A stretch of DNA of 64,000 nt from Eledone cirrhosa (taxonomy: Eukaryota): assembly GCA_964016885.1 (NCBI GenBank), contig OZ024745.1, forward strand, positions 73,284,001 to 73,348,000. Reading direction: 5' to 3'. Numbering within the stretch: the stretch's first letter is position 1; the number at the start of each line of letters is the position of its first letter. Made by a program: the position numbers and the translations under genes. Positions 29,150 to 42,651 of this stretch are shown piece after piece. The notes below the pieces were generated by a model. It had not been told where the DNA came from, made no database searches, and worked only from the letters and a program-made list of their open reading frames with translations.

Positions 29150-30390
29150 ATAGAAATACAGGAGGAAAATATCTCCTGGTCAAAGGAACGAAAGACGATA
29201 GTAATGGAATGCTACTTCATGAGCGAACAGAATCAGCGAGGGTATAAGAAAATAATGTTTTCAATCTGGTTCAAAATACGTGTGTTGTGTTTCCAGTGAT
29301 AGAACAGAAACTCTCAGGGCAAGAACACTATAAATCAAAACGACTACCTGTCGAAACTAGAATTAGAAGAAATTGAAGGGGACAACAGCAAACCTAAAAT
29401 GAATGTAAGTAAATGTAATAAGGAAACAGAGTTAAACTACCGCAGTGAAGGGGGTGAAATAGATAGAGAGAAAATAAAACTGAAAATGAAACAAGATGGT
29501 CGGAGGGCTGATGAGATTGAACGATTGAGTAAAACAATAATGAGAAGCATGACAACTTAAGAAAGTTTGATAGGAAGAAGGTAAAAAAAAAAGTTCAATT
29601 ATGTTATAGGATATTTATCACTAACTCCTCTACCGGAGGTAAATAACTCGTATAAAGCAGTAGCAGAAGTATTAATCAAAGAATTTGGCTACAAGGGAGA
29701 GAAACTAAAAATCAAGTAGCTTGGTAGAAAAGACGAATAAAAAATAGCATAAAAAGCTAGTGACAAAAAGTGACAAGAAGGTTCATTAAGGAAAGAAGGA
29801 TTCATCGCGACGCTAGCGAGAAAATGCAATGTGACAAAGAGGGGAGCGAATGTGGTAGCGGGGGAGCTGAAGCAAAGAGTGACAACAAAAACAGAGAGAA
29901 GACTAGATGAGTTCCAGTAGAACAGGTTGTTTTAGAATAATCAGAAAAGATTGTTTGAGAAAGTGGAAAGAATAGAGCGGTGACACAGCAATGATTTACA
30001 AGGCACAGAGAGAAGCAAAACGTTTTGGAATGATATAAGTTTTTCCACAACATAAAGGGCATCAAGATGAGAATTTATTTTAGTAACTAAAGAAGTGGGG
30101 TCTGAAAACAGAGACAGAGACTTTAATCTTAATCATGCAGGATCAGGCAATCAGTTATTAAAGAAGTGGGATCTAAAAAGAGAGACAGAGACCTTAATTT
30201 CAGTCTTGCAGGATCAGTTAATCAGAACGAGATAAATCAGAAAGAACATGGATAAAGAGAACATCTCAGTTACATGTAGAATAAGTGGTGAAAGAGAAGA
30301 GACAGTGATGCATGGTGCCTCTGAGTCAAGATACTTGTTCAAAACCATTCAAAGATCTGGAAACACGATAAAGTTGTGAAAACGTTTGAA
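29150..30390 (+). pseudogene. Second, highly decayed R4-like LINE remnant
   Basis: A-rich coding-like strand with AGS/QDQ..RT and CR..GE.EETVMH...HDKV (zinc-knuckle/RHD region) near 30200-30375. Confidence 0.4.
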
Positions 30391-31256
30391 TTTGAACATG
30401 CGAAGCAGTTAATTATTATATAGTAAATTAGAGTCACAGTATAAGAAAATACTTAAAGTTACAATGTGCTAATTATACTGGTCAAAACTTATTAGTAAGT
30501 TTTTTTTTCTTATATATAAAGGTCCGTTAACTGATCTGCAATTTTAGTTAAACTATACTATGGTGATGACATTTAATAGATCGAAACATGCCCTCGCTTG
30601 AAAGCAAAGATTTTTTGACAAAATGTTTTTTCTATCTTTTTATCTATATCAGAGTGCTAAAAAGTTTGGTTAAAATTTACTTAGAAAATTGAAGCTATAT
30701 CTGCAAATGTTCGCAAGAAATATATCAAGAATATAGTTGCGTACAAAATCTATGGAAAGAGCTCAATAGACTTAGGTTGGTCTATAGCGAAAATATGTGT
30801 CCTAAATGAACTCAAAATCAATCATGGCATGTATATAAAAGTAAACGATTTTTTTTCATCCTTATCGTATATTTCTATAGGATAAACACACATAAAAATA
30901 GACATACTTCTATTCTGCTCAACGGCATAATTGCTCGAAATGAACTCATTTATATACACTCATAGCTAACATAAAGCAAGACACGAGTTATCGATAAAAA
31001 TAGTCGATATGATTGAAATTTGGGGCAAAACTGTGAACATAGATTTATTAGATACATGTGCTTACTGATTTCGTATATGAATATCAAATTATGGAACGGG
31101 AGGTATATTTATTCGCCAAATACATCGCGAATCTATTCCAATCTAAAATCTTTGAATAGTACTCAATAACAATACACAAGGAGAAAGCAATAATCTCTAA
31201 AATATATATTAACTAAATGAACTGAAAATTAATCAAGTCATGCATATTAAAATATA

Positions 31257-31790
31257 ATTGTTTCTACTTTTGGCACAAGGCCAGCAATTATCCCAGTGCA
31301 TTACTGGTACTTTATTTTATCGACCCCGTAAGGATAAAAGGCAAAGTTAACCTCGGCGGGATTTGAACTCGAAATGGCAAGGGCCGTAACTTTATACAAC
31401 AAAGCACGGCGTCCAATGCAAAAATGTTTGTTTTTTACTCTGGGTATAATTATGTGGCTGAAGAAGCAGCCCCGCGAGGTGGGGTGGCTGTTGCAGCAGA
31501 TGTCGCTGGCCATTGTCCACAGGGCGCAGTCTTGTCCGTGGGGCGCAGTCTAGAACCCATCACCCTTCCCATTTTCTGTTTTCATACCCACAAAAGGCAC
31601 TTGCATTTATAATGGTTCTACTTTTGGCACAAGGCCGGCATTACTGGTGCTTTATTTTATCGACCCCGTAAGGATGAAAGGCAAAGTTAACCTCGGTGGG
31701 ATTTGAACTCAAAATGAAAAGGGCCATAACTCTATGCTGCAAAGCATGGTATCTGATGCTCTACCGATACTGCCAAACCACTGCATTTAT
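31257..31790 (-). mobile_element. Two copies of a second tRNA-SINE family (Deu/Nin-like core) separated by a GC-richer insert
   Basis: Reverse complement of gagttcaaatccc..ttgcctttcatccttacggggtcgataaaataaagtaccag; same family as 45621-46402. Confidence 0.7.
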
Positions 31791-34009
31791 AATAAAACAT
31801 TTTCTTTTGTGTCTCTGAGATAAACGCATGTAAAATATTTGCACATGTATTCAACGTCATCAGCTGGACAGGAAAGTAAATAATTGTTCGGCATATACTC
31901 AGTTATGTAGAATTGTGGCTGACGTAAATTAAAACCCGAAGTGGAAAAGCTGTAAATGTTTAACAAAAAACAGTCTCTTGTAGATATTCCATACCAATCT
32001 GATCAATGATTTTGTATATAACATTTAAATTACGAAACTGGAGCTATATTTGTCAAATACATCGAAAGTGTATTTCCGTATAAAAAACTACGAAAACGGT
32101 TTAATAGACCTATCTTCGCCTGGAGCAAAAATATCTAAAATAGATAATATAAACTGAATGAACCGAAAATAAATCAAGACATACACAAGAAAATACAATA
32201 CATATATTTTCCCCTTTAGCCATAATTATGTTTCTGTGAGATAAATGCATGTAAAAATAGACATACTTGTATTCACATCATCAGGATGACCGCAAGAAAG
32301 ATTGTTGTTCGAAATAAACTCGTTTATATACACTCGTGACTGGCGTAAAGTAAATCATGAATTATTGTGAACATAGTCGAAAAAGGTAAGTTTCGAGCGA
32401 AACTTTCTAGCTGTAGACACTCAATAATTTCGGATTTAAAATTTGGATGACGGAACTGGAATTATATCTGTAAATATTCGCTAAATATATCGATAAAAAA
32501 TTTCCTTGGAAGGTCTTCGAAAAGGACTCAGATCACCTAGGTAGGTTTAGAGCTATAATGTATAAAATACAAATTGTAAATTGAATGAACTAACAATTAA
32601 TAAACAACAAAGAAAAGTAAATTTATACTATTTATACGGAAATACATTTGTAGCAGTCTTTTGATACTCCCCTCAATAGAGTTTCTGTCACACTATCAAG
32701 CCGCCACCATGAAGCTGACGTTGGTGGTCTCATATCCATTGTGAATCGGCCAATATGTCTGAGATTTTGACATATGAAACGGCTATCCGCTTATTCTCAA
32801 GTTTCGGAGACCAAAGGAGACAATACCCATAGTAAATTCAAGCAGTTGCAGAGTTCATACCGACTAGCTAAGATGTAGTGGTCAACTGTCTCACACACCC
32901 ACCCCTTTGGGTCTCTCTTTTTCTCTTGGTTTCTCTGTCAGCCAGACCAACGAAATTCATCCCATCAACAGAAGTTTGGTAAATACAATTTAAATAATAC
33001 CTTTGCAAGCAAACACGTATATACACATCACACCTAATACATAACATCACACAATTCAACTGCAGTTATTTGTTCTTCATGTATTGTCGTATAACTTCGA
33101 CGAAAATTATATTTAGTAACAGCGATTTTGTGTTGTAGTTTATATATTTCATTTCCTATGTGATCAGGGTCAATCACTTACTCAAGGAATCATCTTATCA
33201 TCATCATCATAATGAACACCGTTACTCACTTACTTGCACACCTGCAATCTCTGGTCACACTGTATCAGGCACGTCAATCTTCCTTCACCTAAACTCTAGA
33301 CAATAGTGACCACATCACTGCGCTATCCACAAGTGAGTGCACACACAACAACCAAATCAACACCACAACACAACCACCATTCAACCCGCTATATACTTTC
33401 GATGTATTTGACGAACATATATTTACAAATATAGCTCTAGTATCATAATTTAAATGTTATATACAAAATCATTGATCGGGCTGATATAGAAGATCTACCA
33501 TAGACTAATTTTGTGAGATAAACTCATATGAAAATATATTCACGCCATCGGTTGAACTTCAAGAAAGATATTTCTTCTAAATAAACTAGTTTTTATATAT
33601 ACACAAGTGGTTAGCTTAGAGCAAAACGTGAATTATTGCAAACAAAGTCAAAATATTGTAAGTTCCCAGTAAAATCTTTGTAGTTGTAAGTTCTTTTAAT
33701 CAAAATGCTGAATATTCAAATCACGGAAATTGAAATATATCTGTAAATATTTGTGTATCACATAAATCTATTTCCGTACAAAGTCTACTAAAAGTGCTTA
33801 ACAGGCTACAGTGATGATATATAAGATATGTATTTTAAAAATCGTATGTTTAGAAAACGGCAAGTGGAATTTGAAAATTGAATTAGAAGATTTCGCGAAA
33901 ACTTTAACTAAATAAAATAGTCCGATAATAACGGGGTGTATAACCGCACTGAACGGAAAAACATGGGCATCGGCACCACCATCTTCTAATTTAATTATAT
34001 ATTATGATA

Positions 34010-34069
<60 letters not shown>

Positions 34070-34108
34070 TTGAATTCGGGAATTTTATATATTCTCCGAG
34101 CGAGAAGA

Positions 34109-34191
34109 GCCTTCTGAAGAGAGTCCCCTTCTCAATGAAATTCGCTTGGATTATCCGTTTATTTTGGGATTTGAAACCGCGCGGTAAAGGC
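34109..34191 (+). ncRNA. Type I hammerhead ribozyme
   Basis: gcctt CTGAAGA gagtccc..gggattt GAAA ccgcgcgg TA aaggc; palindromic stem III. Confidence 0.78.
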
Positions 34192-34956
34192 ACATATAGC
34201 AGGTACAGCGAAGTTTTTAAAATTATTTAAAAACTTTTTCTCTATTTGCCAGACCTTGATTATAGGACCACTTTATTCATATGTAACCTATTTGCAACCA
34301 CGCAGCACGTTTATTCTCATATTTACACATATTTTTTCCCCCGCTATGACCCGTCTATTTCGTTCTTACTGCTTCCTCTTTCTCTGTATATTTACCCTCT
34401 CTAACAGTCACTCTCTCTGTTAGCCTCTTCCTCACCCTTCACTCACTCACTCTCTGTTACTACCTCTCCTCCTCACCCTTCACTCACTCACTCTCTGTTA
34501 CTACCTCTCCTCCTCCCCCTTCTTCCCGTTTGACCTGTGCGTAATTCTTTTCTTTCGCACGCTTGGTCAGGCTGGTTCGCCTTTTTTCTCTCTCTCGTCT
34601 ACGATTTCACAGAACTTACGTTCACCGAATTCACAAACTAGATTCCTTCTTCCTCCCGTTAGACCTGTACGGAATTCCTTCCTTGCTCACATTCCAACCA
34701 GGTTTGATGGTCTTTATTCTCTCTCGTTCACGATTTCACCGAACTTATATTCATGGAAATTTGGGACTTGACTCGTTCTTCCTCATTTTTCGTTGCTTCA
34801 CCATCTTTGTTTGTTTACACTCTCGCTGTCCCCTTTATTTACGTGTCCCAACGACTTTTTTTAGCCGTTGCTCGCACCAACCGGATGTATATAGTCTTTA
34901 AAGCGAAGAAATACCTGTGATGGTTGGAAGATCACTAATGAAGGACCACTTTATTC

Positions 34957-34988
<32 letters not shown>

Positions 34989-35027
34989 GATATTAACAAA
35001 TGGAAACTATATTTATAAAACCATATT

Positions 35028-35092
35028 TATTTTATTATACATATTTCAAGGATACCATGTTAAATTATGGTATGCCTTCATCAGACAAAATA
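35028..35092 (-). ncRNA. Type I hammerhead ribozyme in pLTR fragment
   Basis: tattttgt CTGATGA aggcatacca..tggtatcctt GAAA tatgta TA ataaaata. Confidence 0.72.
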
Positions 35093-35304
35093 CAATATAT
35101 ACCAGTTTTATAAATAAACATTGACGTACCCTTTCAAAATGCAACCGTTACTTTTGGAAGACATCCTGATGTCTTCCAAAAGTATATTTACTCCAAATAC
35201 TTGTCGAGTGCTTTATATCAGTTATAAAAATATTTGCTTGTTGTATCCCAACAATTTAAATAGAACTTTTGCATATATATATATATATATTATATATATA
35301 TATT

Positions 35305-35695
35305 TGAATTGACCAATAGAAAAGTAGTAAGTGGTCAAGTTGATAGAATAGTAGTAGTAGAAATTTAATTTAGGGGTAGAGGAATGCAGACTTCAGTTTT
35401 GAATGGAAAGAATATTTTGAATGAAAAGATTACTTTGGGGATGAAAAGAGGTCAAGCCGGTGAAAGGTACACGAAAATTTGATGTTATTAAAGAATAATT
35501 CTAATGTTAAAATCGAAGGTGAATAAAATTTTAGGATGTGTTAGTGAGAAATACCAATCTTATTTAAAACATAAGGAATTTAGATCTATAAAAAGAAATT
35601 AAATTAATTTAATTGATAGGTATACTTATAGGGATAAATTTAAATTAATTCATATAGATGTTATTAAAAAATGTTGTTAAAAACGAAGGAAAATT
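35305..35695. repeat. Left arm of ~400-bp inverted repeat (partner 45138-45552)
   Basis: Near-perfect reverse complement of 45138-45552. Confidence 0.85.
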
Positions 35696-35731
35696 TTTTT
35701 TTTTAATATATATTTTTTTATATATATATAT

Positions 35732-35763
<32 letters not shown>

Positions 35764-35995
35764 ATATATATAATTAAGTTAAAAAAAAATTACATCTACA
35801 TATGCATACTGAAATACTAGTGTGTATATGAATACACACACGTATACATATGTATATGTAACAAGTCTTTCACTGGTTGCTTTACTGTGAGCACCCAGCT
35901 ATTCTGTATGTAAACAGACAGACAAACCGGTTTTTAGAGTCATACTGGTTTTTGAGGGAACACCTTCCCTCTATTCTCTAGAAAGCCAGACAAGG

Positions 35996-36040
35996 AATAT
36001 TGAACTAGTTTCGTTGTTGTTACAACTCATCAGCAATATT
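35996..36040 (-). ncRNA. Minimal type I HHR (representative of 3 reverse array copies)
   Basis: aatattg CTGATGA gttgt aaca acaac GAAA ctag TT caatatt. Confidence 0.88.
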
Positions 36041-37306
36041 TACCTATCTACCGGCCTTTCTGGAGAATTGTAAAAGCACATATCGTTATATGCTTTTTCC
36101 ATGAAAATTAGTAGTGGGCAGACTAATTTGCATAGAGTGTGAGTACGCACCGGTTCAGCGGAGACGATAAAAACAAATGACGAAACGAAATTAAATTTCG
36201 TTTCGTTTGTAACTCACTTTTGTATGACTGACGCTTAAACAATTAAGTTTAAAAAAAAAATTACATCTACATATGCATACTGAAATACTAGTGTGTATAT
36301 GAATACACACACGTATACATATGTATATGTAACAAGTCTTTCACTGGTTGCTTTACTGTGAGCACCCAGCTATTCTGTATGTAAACACACAGACAAACCG
36401 GTTTTTAGAGTCATACTGGTTTTTGAGGGAACACCTTCCCTCTATTCTTCAGAAAGCCAGACAAGGAATATTGAATTAGTTTCGTTGTTGTTACAACTCA
36501 TCAGCAATATTTACCTATCTACCGGCCTTTCTGGAGAATTGTAAAAGCACATATCGTTATATGCTTTTTCTATGAAAATTAGTAGTGGGCAGACTAATTT
36601 GCATAGAGTGTGAGTACGCACCGGTTCAGCGGAGACGATAAAAACAAATGACGAAACGAAATTAAATTTCGTTTCGTTTGTAACTCACTTTTGTATGATT
36701 GACGCTTAAACAATTAAGTTAAAAAAAATTACATCTACATATGCATACTGAAATACTAGTGTGTATATGAATACACACACGTATACATATGTATATGTAA
36801 CAAGTCTTTCACTGGTTGCTTTACTGTGAGCACCCAGCTATTCTGTATGTAAACACACAGACAAACCGGTTTTTAGAGTCATACTGGTTTTTGAGGGAAC
36901 ACCTTCCCTCTATTCTCCAGAAAGCCAGACAAGGAATATTGAACTAGTTTCGTTGTTGTTACAACTCATCAGCAATATTTACCTATCTACCGGCCTTTCT
37001 GGAGAATTGTAAAAGCACATATCGTTATATGCTTTTTCTATGAAAATTAGTAGTGGATAGGTAAATATTGCTGATGTAGATGTAATTTTTTTTTTTTAAC
37101 TTAATTGTTTAAGCGTCAGTCATACAAAAGTGAGTTACAAACGAAACGAAATTTAATTTCGTTTCGTCATTTGTTTTTATCGTCTCCGCTGAACCGGTGC
37201 GTACTCACACTCTATGCAAATTAATCTGCCCACTACTAATTTTCATAGAAAAAGCATATAACGATATGTGCTTTTACAATTCTCCAGAAAGGCCGGTAGA
37301 TAGGTA

Positions 37307-37351
37307 AATATTGCTGATGAGTTGTAACAACAACGAAACTAGTTCAATATT
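37307..37351 (+). ncRNA. Minimal type I HHR (representative of 11 forward array copies)
   Basis: 7-bp stem I, intact core, 5-bp stem II with G10.1-C11.1, palindromic AACTAGTT stem III, GUU cleavage triplet. Confidence 0.9.
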
Positions 37352-40300
37352 CCTTGTCTGGCTTTCTGAAGAATAGAGGGAAGGTGTTCCCTCAAAATCC
37401 AGTATGACTCTAAAAACCGGTTTGTCTGTGTGTTTACATACAGAATAGCTGGGTGCTCACAGTAAAGCAACCAGTGAAAGACTTGTTACATATACATATG
37501 TATACGTGTGTGTATTCATATACACACTAGTATTTCAGTATGCATATGTAGATGTAATTTTTTTTTTTAACTTAATTGTTTAAGCGTCAGTCATACAAAA
37601 GTGAGTTACAAACGAAACGAAATTTAATTTCGTTTCGTCATTTTTATCGTCTCCGCTGAACCGGTGCGTACTCACACTCTATGCAAATTAGTCTGCCCAC
37701 TACTAATTTTCATGGAAAAAGCATATAACGATATGTGCTTTTACAATTCTCCAGAAAGGCCGGTAGATAGGTAAATATTGCTGATGAGTTGTAACAACAA
37801 CGAAACTAGTTCAATATTCCTTGTCTGGCTTTCTAGAGAATAGAGGGAAGGTGTTCCCTCAAAAACCAGTATGACTCTAAAAACCGGTTTGTCTGTGTGT
37901 TTACATACAGAATAGCTGGGTGCTCACAGTAAAGCAAACAGTGAAAGACTTGTTACATATACATATGTATACGTGTGTGTATTCATATACACACTAGTAT
38001 TTCAGTATGCATATGTAGATGTAATTTTTTTTTTAACTTAATTGTTTAAGCGTCAGTCATACAAAAGTGAGTTACAAACGAAACGAAATTTAATTTCGTT
38101 TCGTCATTTGTTTTTATCGTCTCCGCTGAACCGGTGCGTACTCACACTCTATGCAAATTAGTCTGCCCACTACTAATTTTCATAGAAAAAGCATATAACG
38201 ATATGTGCTTTTACAATTCTCCAGAAAGGCCGGTAGATAGGTAAATATTGCTGATGAGTTGTAACAACAACGAAACTAGTTCAATATTCCTTGTCTGGTT
38301 TTCTGGAGAATAGAGGGAAGGTGTTCCCTCAAAAACCAGTATGACTCTAAAAACCGGTTTGTCTGTGTGTTTACATACAGAATAGCTGGGTGCTCACAGT
38401 AAAGCAACCAGTGAAAGACTTGTTACATATACATATGTATACGTGTGTGTATTCATATACACACTAGTATTTCAGTATGCATATGTAGATGTAATTTTTT
38501 TTTTAACTTAATTGTTTAAGCGTCAGTCATACAAAAGTGAGTTACAAACGAAACGAAATTTAATTTCGTTTCGTCATTTGTTTTTATCGTCTCCGCTGAA
38601 CCGGTGCGTACTCACACTCTATGCAAATTAGTCTGCCCACTACTAATTTTCATAGAAAAAGCATATAACGATATGTGCTTTTACAATTCTCCAGAAAGGC
38701 CGGTAGATAGGTAAATATTGCTGATGAGTTGTAACAACAACGAAACTAGTTCAATATTCCTTGTCTGGCTTTCTGGAGAATAGAGGGAAGGTGTTCCCTC
38801 AAAAACCAGTATGACTCTAAAAACCGGTTTGTCTGTGTGTTTACATACAGAATAGCTGGGTGCTCACAGTAAAGCAACCAGTGAAAGACTTGTTACATAT
38901 ACATATGTATACGTGTGTGTATTCATATACACACTAGTATTTCAGTATTCATATGTAGATGTAATTTTTTTTTCTAACTTAATTGTTTAAGCGTCAGTCA
39001 TACAAAAGTGAGTTACAAACGAAACGAAATTTAATTTCGTTTCGTCATTTGTTTTTATCGTCTCCGCTGAACCGGTGCGTACTCACACTCTATGCAAATT
39101 AGTCTGCCCACTACTAATTTTCATAGAAAAAGCATATAACGATATGTGCTTTTACAATTCTCCAGAAAGGCCGGTAGATAGGTAAATATTGCTGATGAGT
39201 TGTAACAACAACGAAACTAGTTCAATATTCCTTGTCTGGCTTTCTGGAGAATAGAGGGAAGGTGTTCCCTCAAAAACCAGTATGACTCTAAAAACCGGTT
39301 TGTCTGTGTGTTTACATACAGAATAGCTGGGTGCTCACAGTAAAGCAACCAGTGAAAGACTTATTACATGTACATATGTATACGTGTGTGTATTCATATA
39401 CACACTAGTATTTCAGTATGCATATGTAGATGTAATTTTTTTTAATTTTTTTTTGACTTAATTGTTTAAGCGTCAGTCATACAAAAGTGAGTTACAAACG
39501 AAACGAAATTTAATTTCGTTTCGTCATTTGTTTTTATCGTCTCCGCTGAACCGGTGCGTACTCACCCTCTATGCAAATTAGTCTGCCCACTACTAATTTT
39601 CATAGAAAAAGCATATAACGATATGTGCTTTTACAATTCTCCAGAAAGGCCGGTAGATAGGTAAATATTGCTGATGAGTTGTAACAACAACGAAACTAGT
39701 TCAATATTCCTTGTCTGGCTTTCTGGAGAATAGAGGGAAGGTGTTCCCTCAAAAACCAGTATGACTCTAAAAACCGGTTTGTCTGTGTGTTTACATACAG
39801 AGTAGCTGGGTGCTCACAGTAAAGCAACCAGTGAAAGACTTGTTACATATACATATGTATACGTGTGTGTATTCATATACACACTAGTATTTCAGTATGC
39901 ATATGTAGATGTAATTTTTTTAACTTAATTGTTTAAGCGTCAGTCATACAAAAGTGAGTTACAAACGAAACGAAATTTAATTTCGTTTCGTCATTTGTTT
40001 TTATCGTCTCCGCTGAACCGGTGCGTACTCACACTCTATGCAAATTATTCTGCCCACTACTAATTTTCATAGAAAAAGCATATAACGATATGTGCTTTTA
40101 CAATTCTCCAGAAAGGCCGGTAGATAGGTAAATATTGCTGATGAGTTGTAACAACAACGAAACTAGTTCAATATTCCTTGTCTGGCTTTCTAGAGAATAG
40201 AGGGAAGGTGTTCCCTCAAAAACCAGTATGACTCTAAAAACCGGTTTGTCTGTGTGTTTACATACAGAATAGCTGGGTGCTCACAGTAAAGCAACCAGTG

Positions 40301-42344
40301 AAAGACTTGTTACATATACATATGTATACGTGTGTGTATTCATATACACACTAGTATTTCAGTATGCATATGTAGATGTAATTTTTTTTTTTAACTTAAT
40401 TGTTTAAGCGTCAGTCATACAAAAGTGAGTTACAAACGAAACGAAATTTAATTTCGTTTCGTCATCTGTTTTTATCGTCTCCGCTGAACCGGTGCGTACT
40501 CACACTCTATGCAAATTAGTCTGCCCACTACTAATTTTCATAGAAAAAGCATATAACGATATGTGCTTTTACAATTCTCCAGAAAGGCCGGTAGATAGGT
40601 AAATATTGCTGATGAGTTGTAACAACAACGAAACTAGTTCAATATTCCTTGTCTGGCTTTCTGGAGAATAGAGGGAAGGTGTTCCCTCAAAAACCAGTAT
40701 GACTCTAAAAACCGGTTTGTCTGTGTGTTTACATACAGAATAGCTGGGTGCTCACAGTAAAGCAACCAGTGAAAGACTTGTTACATATACATATGTATAC
40801 GTGTGTGTATTCATATACACACTAGTATTTCAGTATGCATATGTAGATGTAATTTTTTTTTTAACTTAATTGTTTAAGCGTCAGTCATACAAAAGTGAGT
40901 TACAAACGAAACGAAATTTAATTTCGTTTCGTCATTTGTTTTTATCGTCTCCGCTGAACCGGTGCGTACTCACACTCTATGCAAATTAGTCTGCCACTAC
41001 TAATTTTCATAGAAAAAGCATATAACGATATGTGCTTTTACAATTCTCCAGAAAGGCCGGTAGATAGGTAAATATTGCTGATGAGTTGTAACAACAACGA
41101 AACTAGTTCAATATTCCTTGTCTGGCTTTCTGGAGAATAGAGGGAAGGTGTTCCCTCAAAAACCAGTATGACTCTAAAAACCGGTTTGTCTGTGTGTTTA
41201 CATACAGAATGGCTGGGTGCTCACAGTAAAGCAACCAGTGAAAGACTTGTTACATATACATATGTATACGTGTGTGTATTCATATACACACTAGTATTTC
41301 AGTATGCATATGTAGATGTAATTTTTTTTTTAAAACTTAATTGTTTAAGCGTCAGTCATACAAAAGTGAGTTACAAACGAAACGAAATTTAATTTCGTTT
41401 CGTCATTTGTTTTTATCGTCTCCGCTGAACCGGTGCGTACTCACACTCTATGCAAATTAGTCTGCCCACTACTAATTTTCATAGAAAAAGCATATAACGA
41501 TATGTGCTTTTACAATTCTCCAGAAAGGCCGGTAGATAGGTAAATATTGCTGATGAGTTGTAACAACAACGAAACTAGTTCAATATTCCTTGTCTGGCTT
41601 TCTGGAGAATAGAGGGAAGGTGTTCCCTCAAAAACCAGTATGACTCTAAAAACCGGTTTGTCTGTGTGTTTACATACAGAATAGCTGGGTGCTCACAGTA
41701 AAGCAACCAGTGAAAGACTTGTTACATGTACATATATATACGTGTGTGTATTCATATACACACTAGTATTTCAGTATGCATATGTAGATGTAATTTTTTT
41801 AACTTAATTGTTTAAGCGTCAGTCATACAAAAGTGAGTTACAAACGAAACGAAATTTAATTTCGTTTCGTCATTTGTTTTTATCGTCTCCGCTGAACCGG
41901 TGCGTACTCACACTCTATGCAAATTATTCTGCCCACTACTAATTTTCATAGAAAAAGCATATAACGATATGTGCTTTTACAATTCTCCAGAAAGGCCGGT
42001 AGATAGGTAAATATTGCTGATGAGTTGTAACAACAACGAAACTAGTTCAATATTCCTTGTCTGACTTTCTGGAGAATAGAGGGAAGGTGTTCCCTCAAAA
42101 ACCAGTATGACTCTAAAAACCGGTTTGTCTGTGTGTTTACATACAGAATAGCTGGGTGCTCACAGTAAAGCAACCAGTGAAAGACTTGTTACATATACAT
42201 ATGTATACGTGTGTGTATTCATATACACACTAGTATTTCAGTATGCATATGTAGATGTTATTTTTTAAAACTTAATTGTTTAAGCGTCAGTCATACAAAA
42301 GTGAGTTACAAACGAAACGAAATTTAATTTCGTTTCGTCATTTG

Positions 42345-42413
<69 letters not shown>

Positions 42414-42593
42414 GTTTGAGGTTCACCACTGGTCAATTCCGTATGGTCAATCGCAATGTAATAATATAGAGAGTACTCAACGTAAAGCAGTTCAACGGTC
42501 TTTGTTTTTGTAGTTGGTGGTGCTATTACGGAGTTAAATATTATAATGAAATGACAGGAGGCTGGATTTGTGTAAATCCTTGAAAGGTTTATT

Positions 42594-42651
42594 ATACTAT
42601 GATCATTTCAATGACCGGGTTCCGTATGAATCTGGTGATATCATCAGGTAT
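42594..42651 (-). ncRNA. Type I hammerhead ribozyme
   Basis: atac CTGATGA tatcaccag..ccggtcatt GAAA tgatca TA gtat. Confidence 0.65.

Larger units (their letters stand above)
35772..42349. mobile_element. Tandem array of ~470-bp hammerhead-containing monomers (retrozyme-like); ~2.7 reverse + ~11.2 forward units
   Basis: Forward CTGATGA cores at 37314, 37781, 38251, 38721, 39192, 39671, 40138, 40609, 41078, 41550, 42017. Reverse HHRs at 35996, 36467, 36935. Inversion junction ~37056-37076. Both ends in (TA)n; no meaningful ORF. Confidence 0.9.

Noticed and set aside
32701-32745. Perfect Kozak GCCGCCACCATG
   Set aside because: ORF stops after 11 codons with no splice donor; likely chance.
32710-32800. 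Possible HHR (ctgacgt...gaaacggctatccg)
   Set aside because: Core, cleavage triplet and stem I cannot be built consistently.
35772-42349. CRISPR-like or coding tandem repeat
   Set aside because: No unique spacers, eukaryotic context, and only an incidental 74-aa ORF in one unit.
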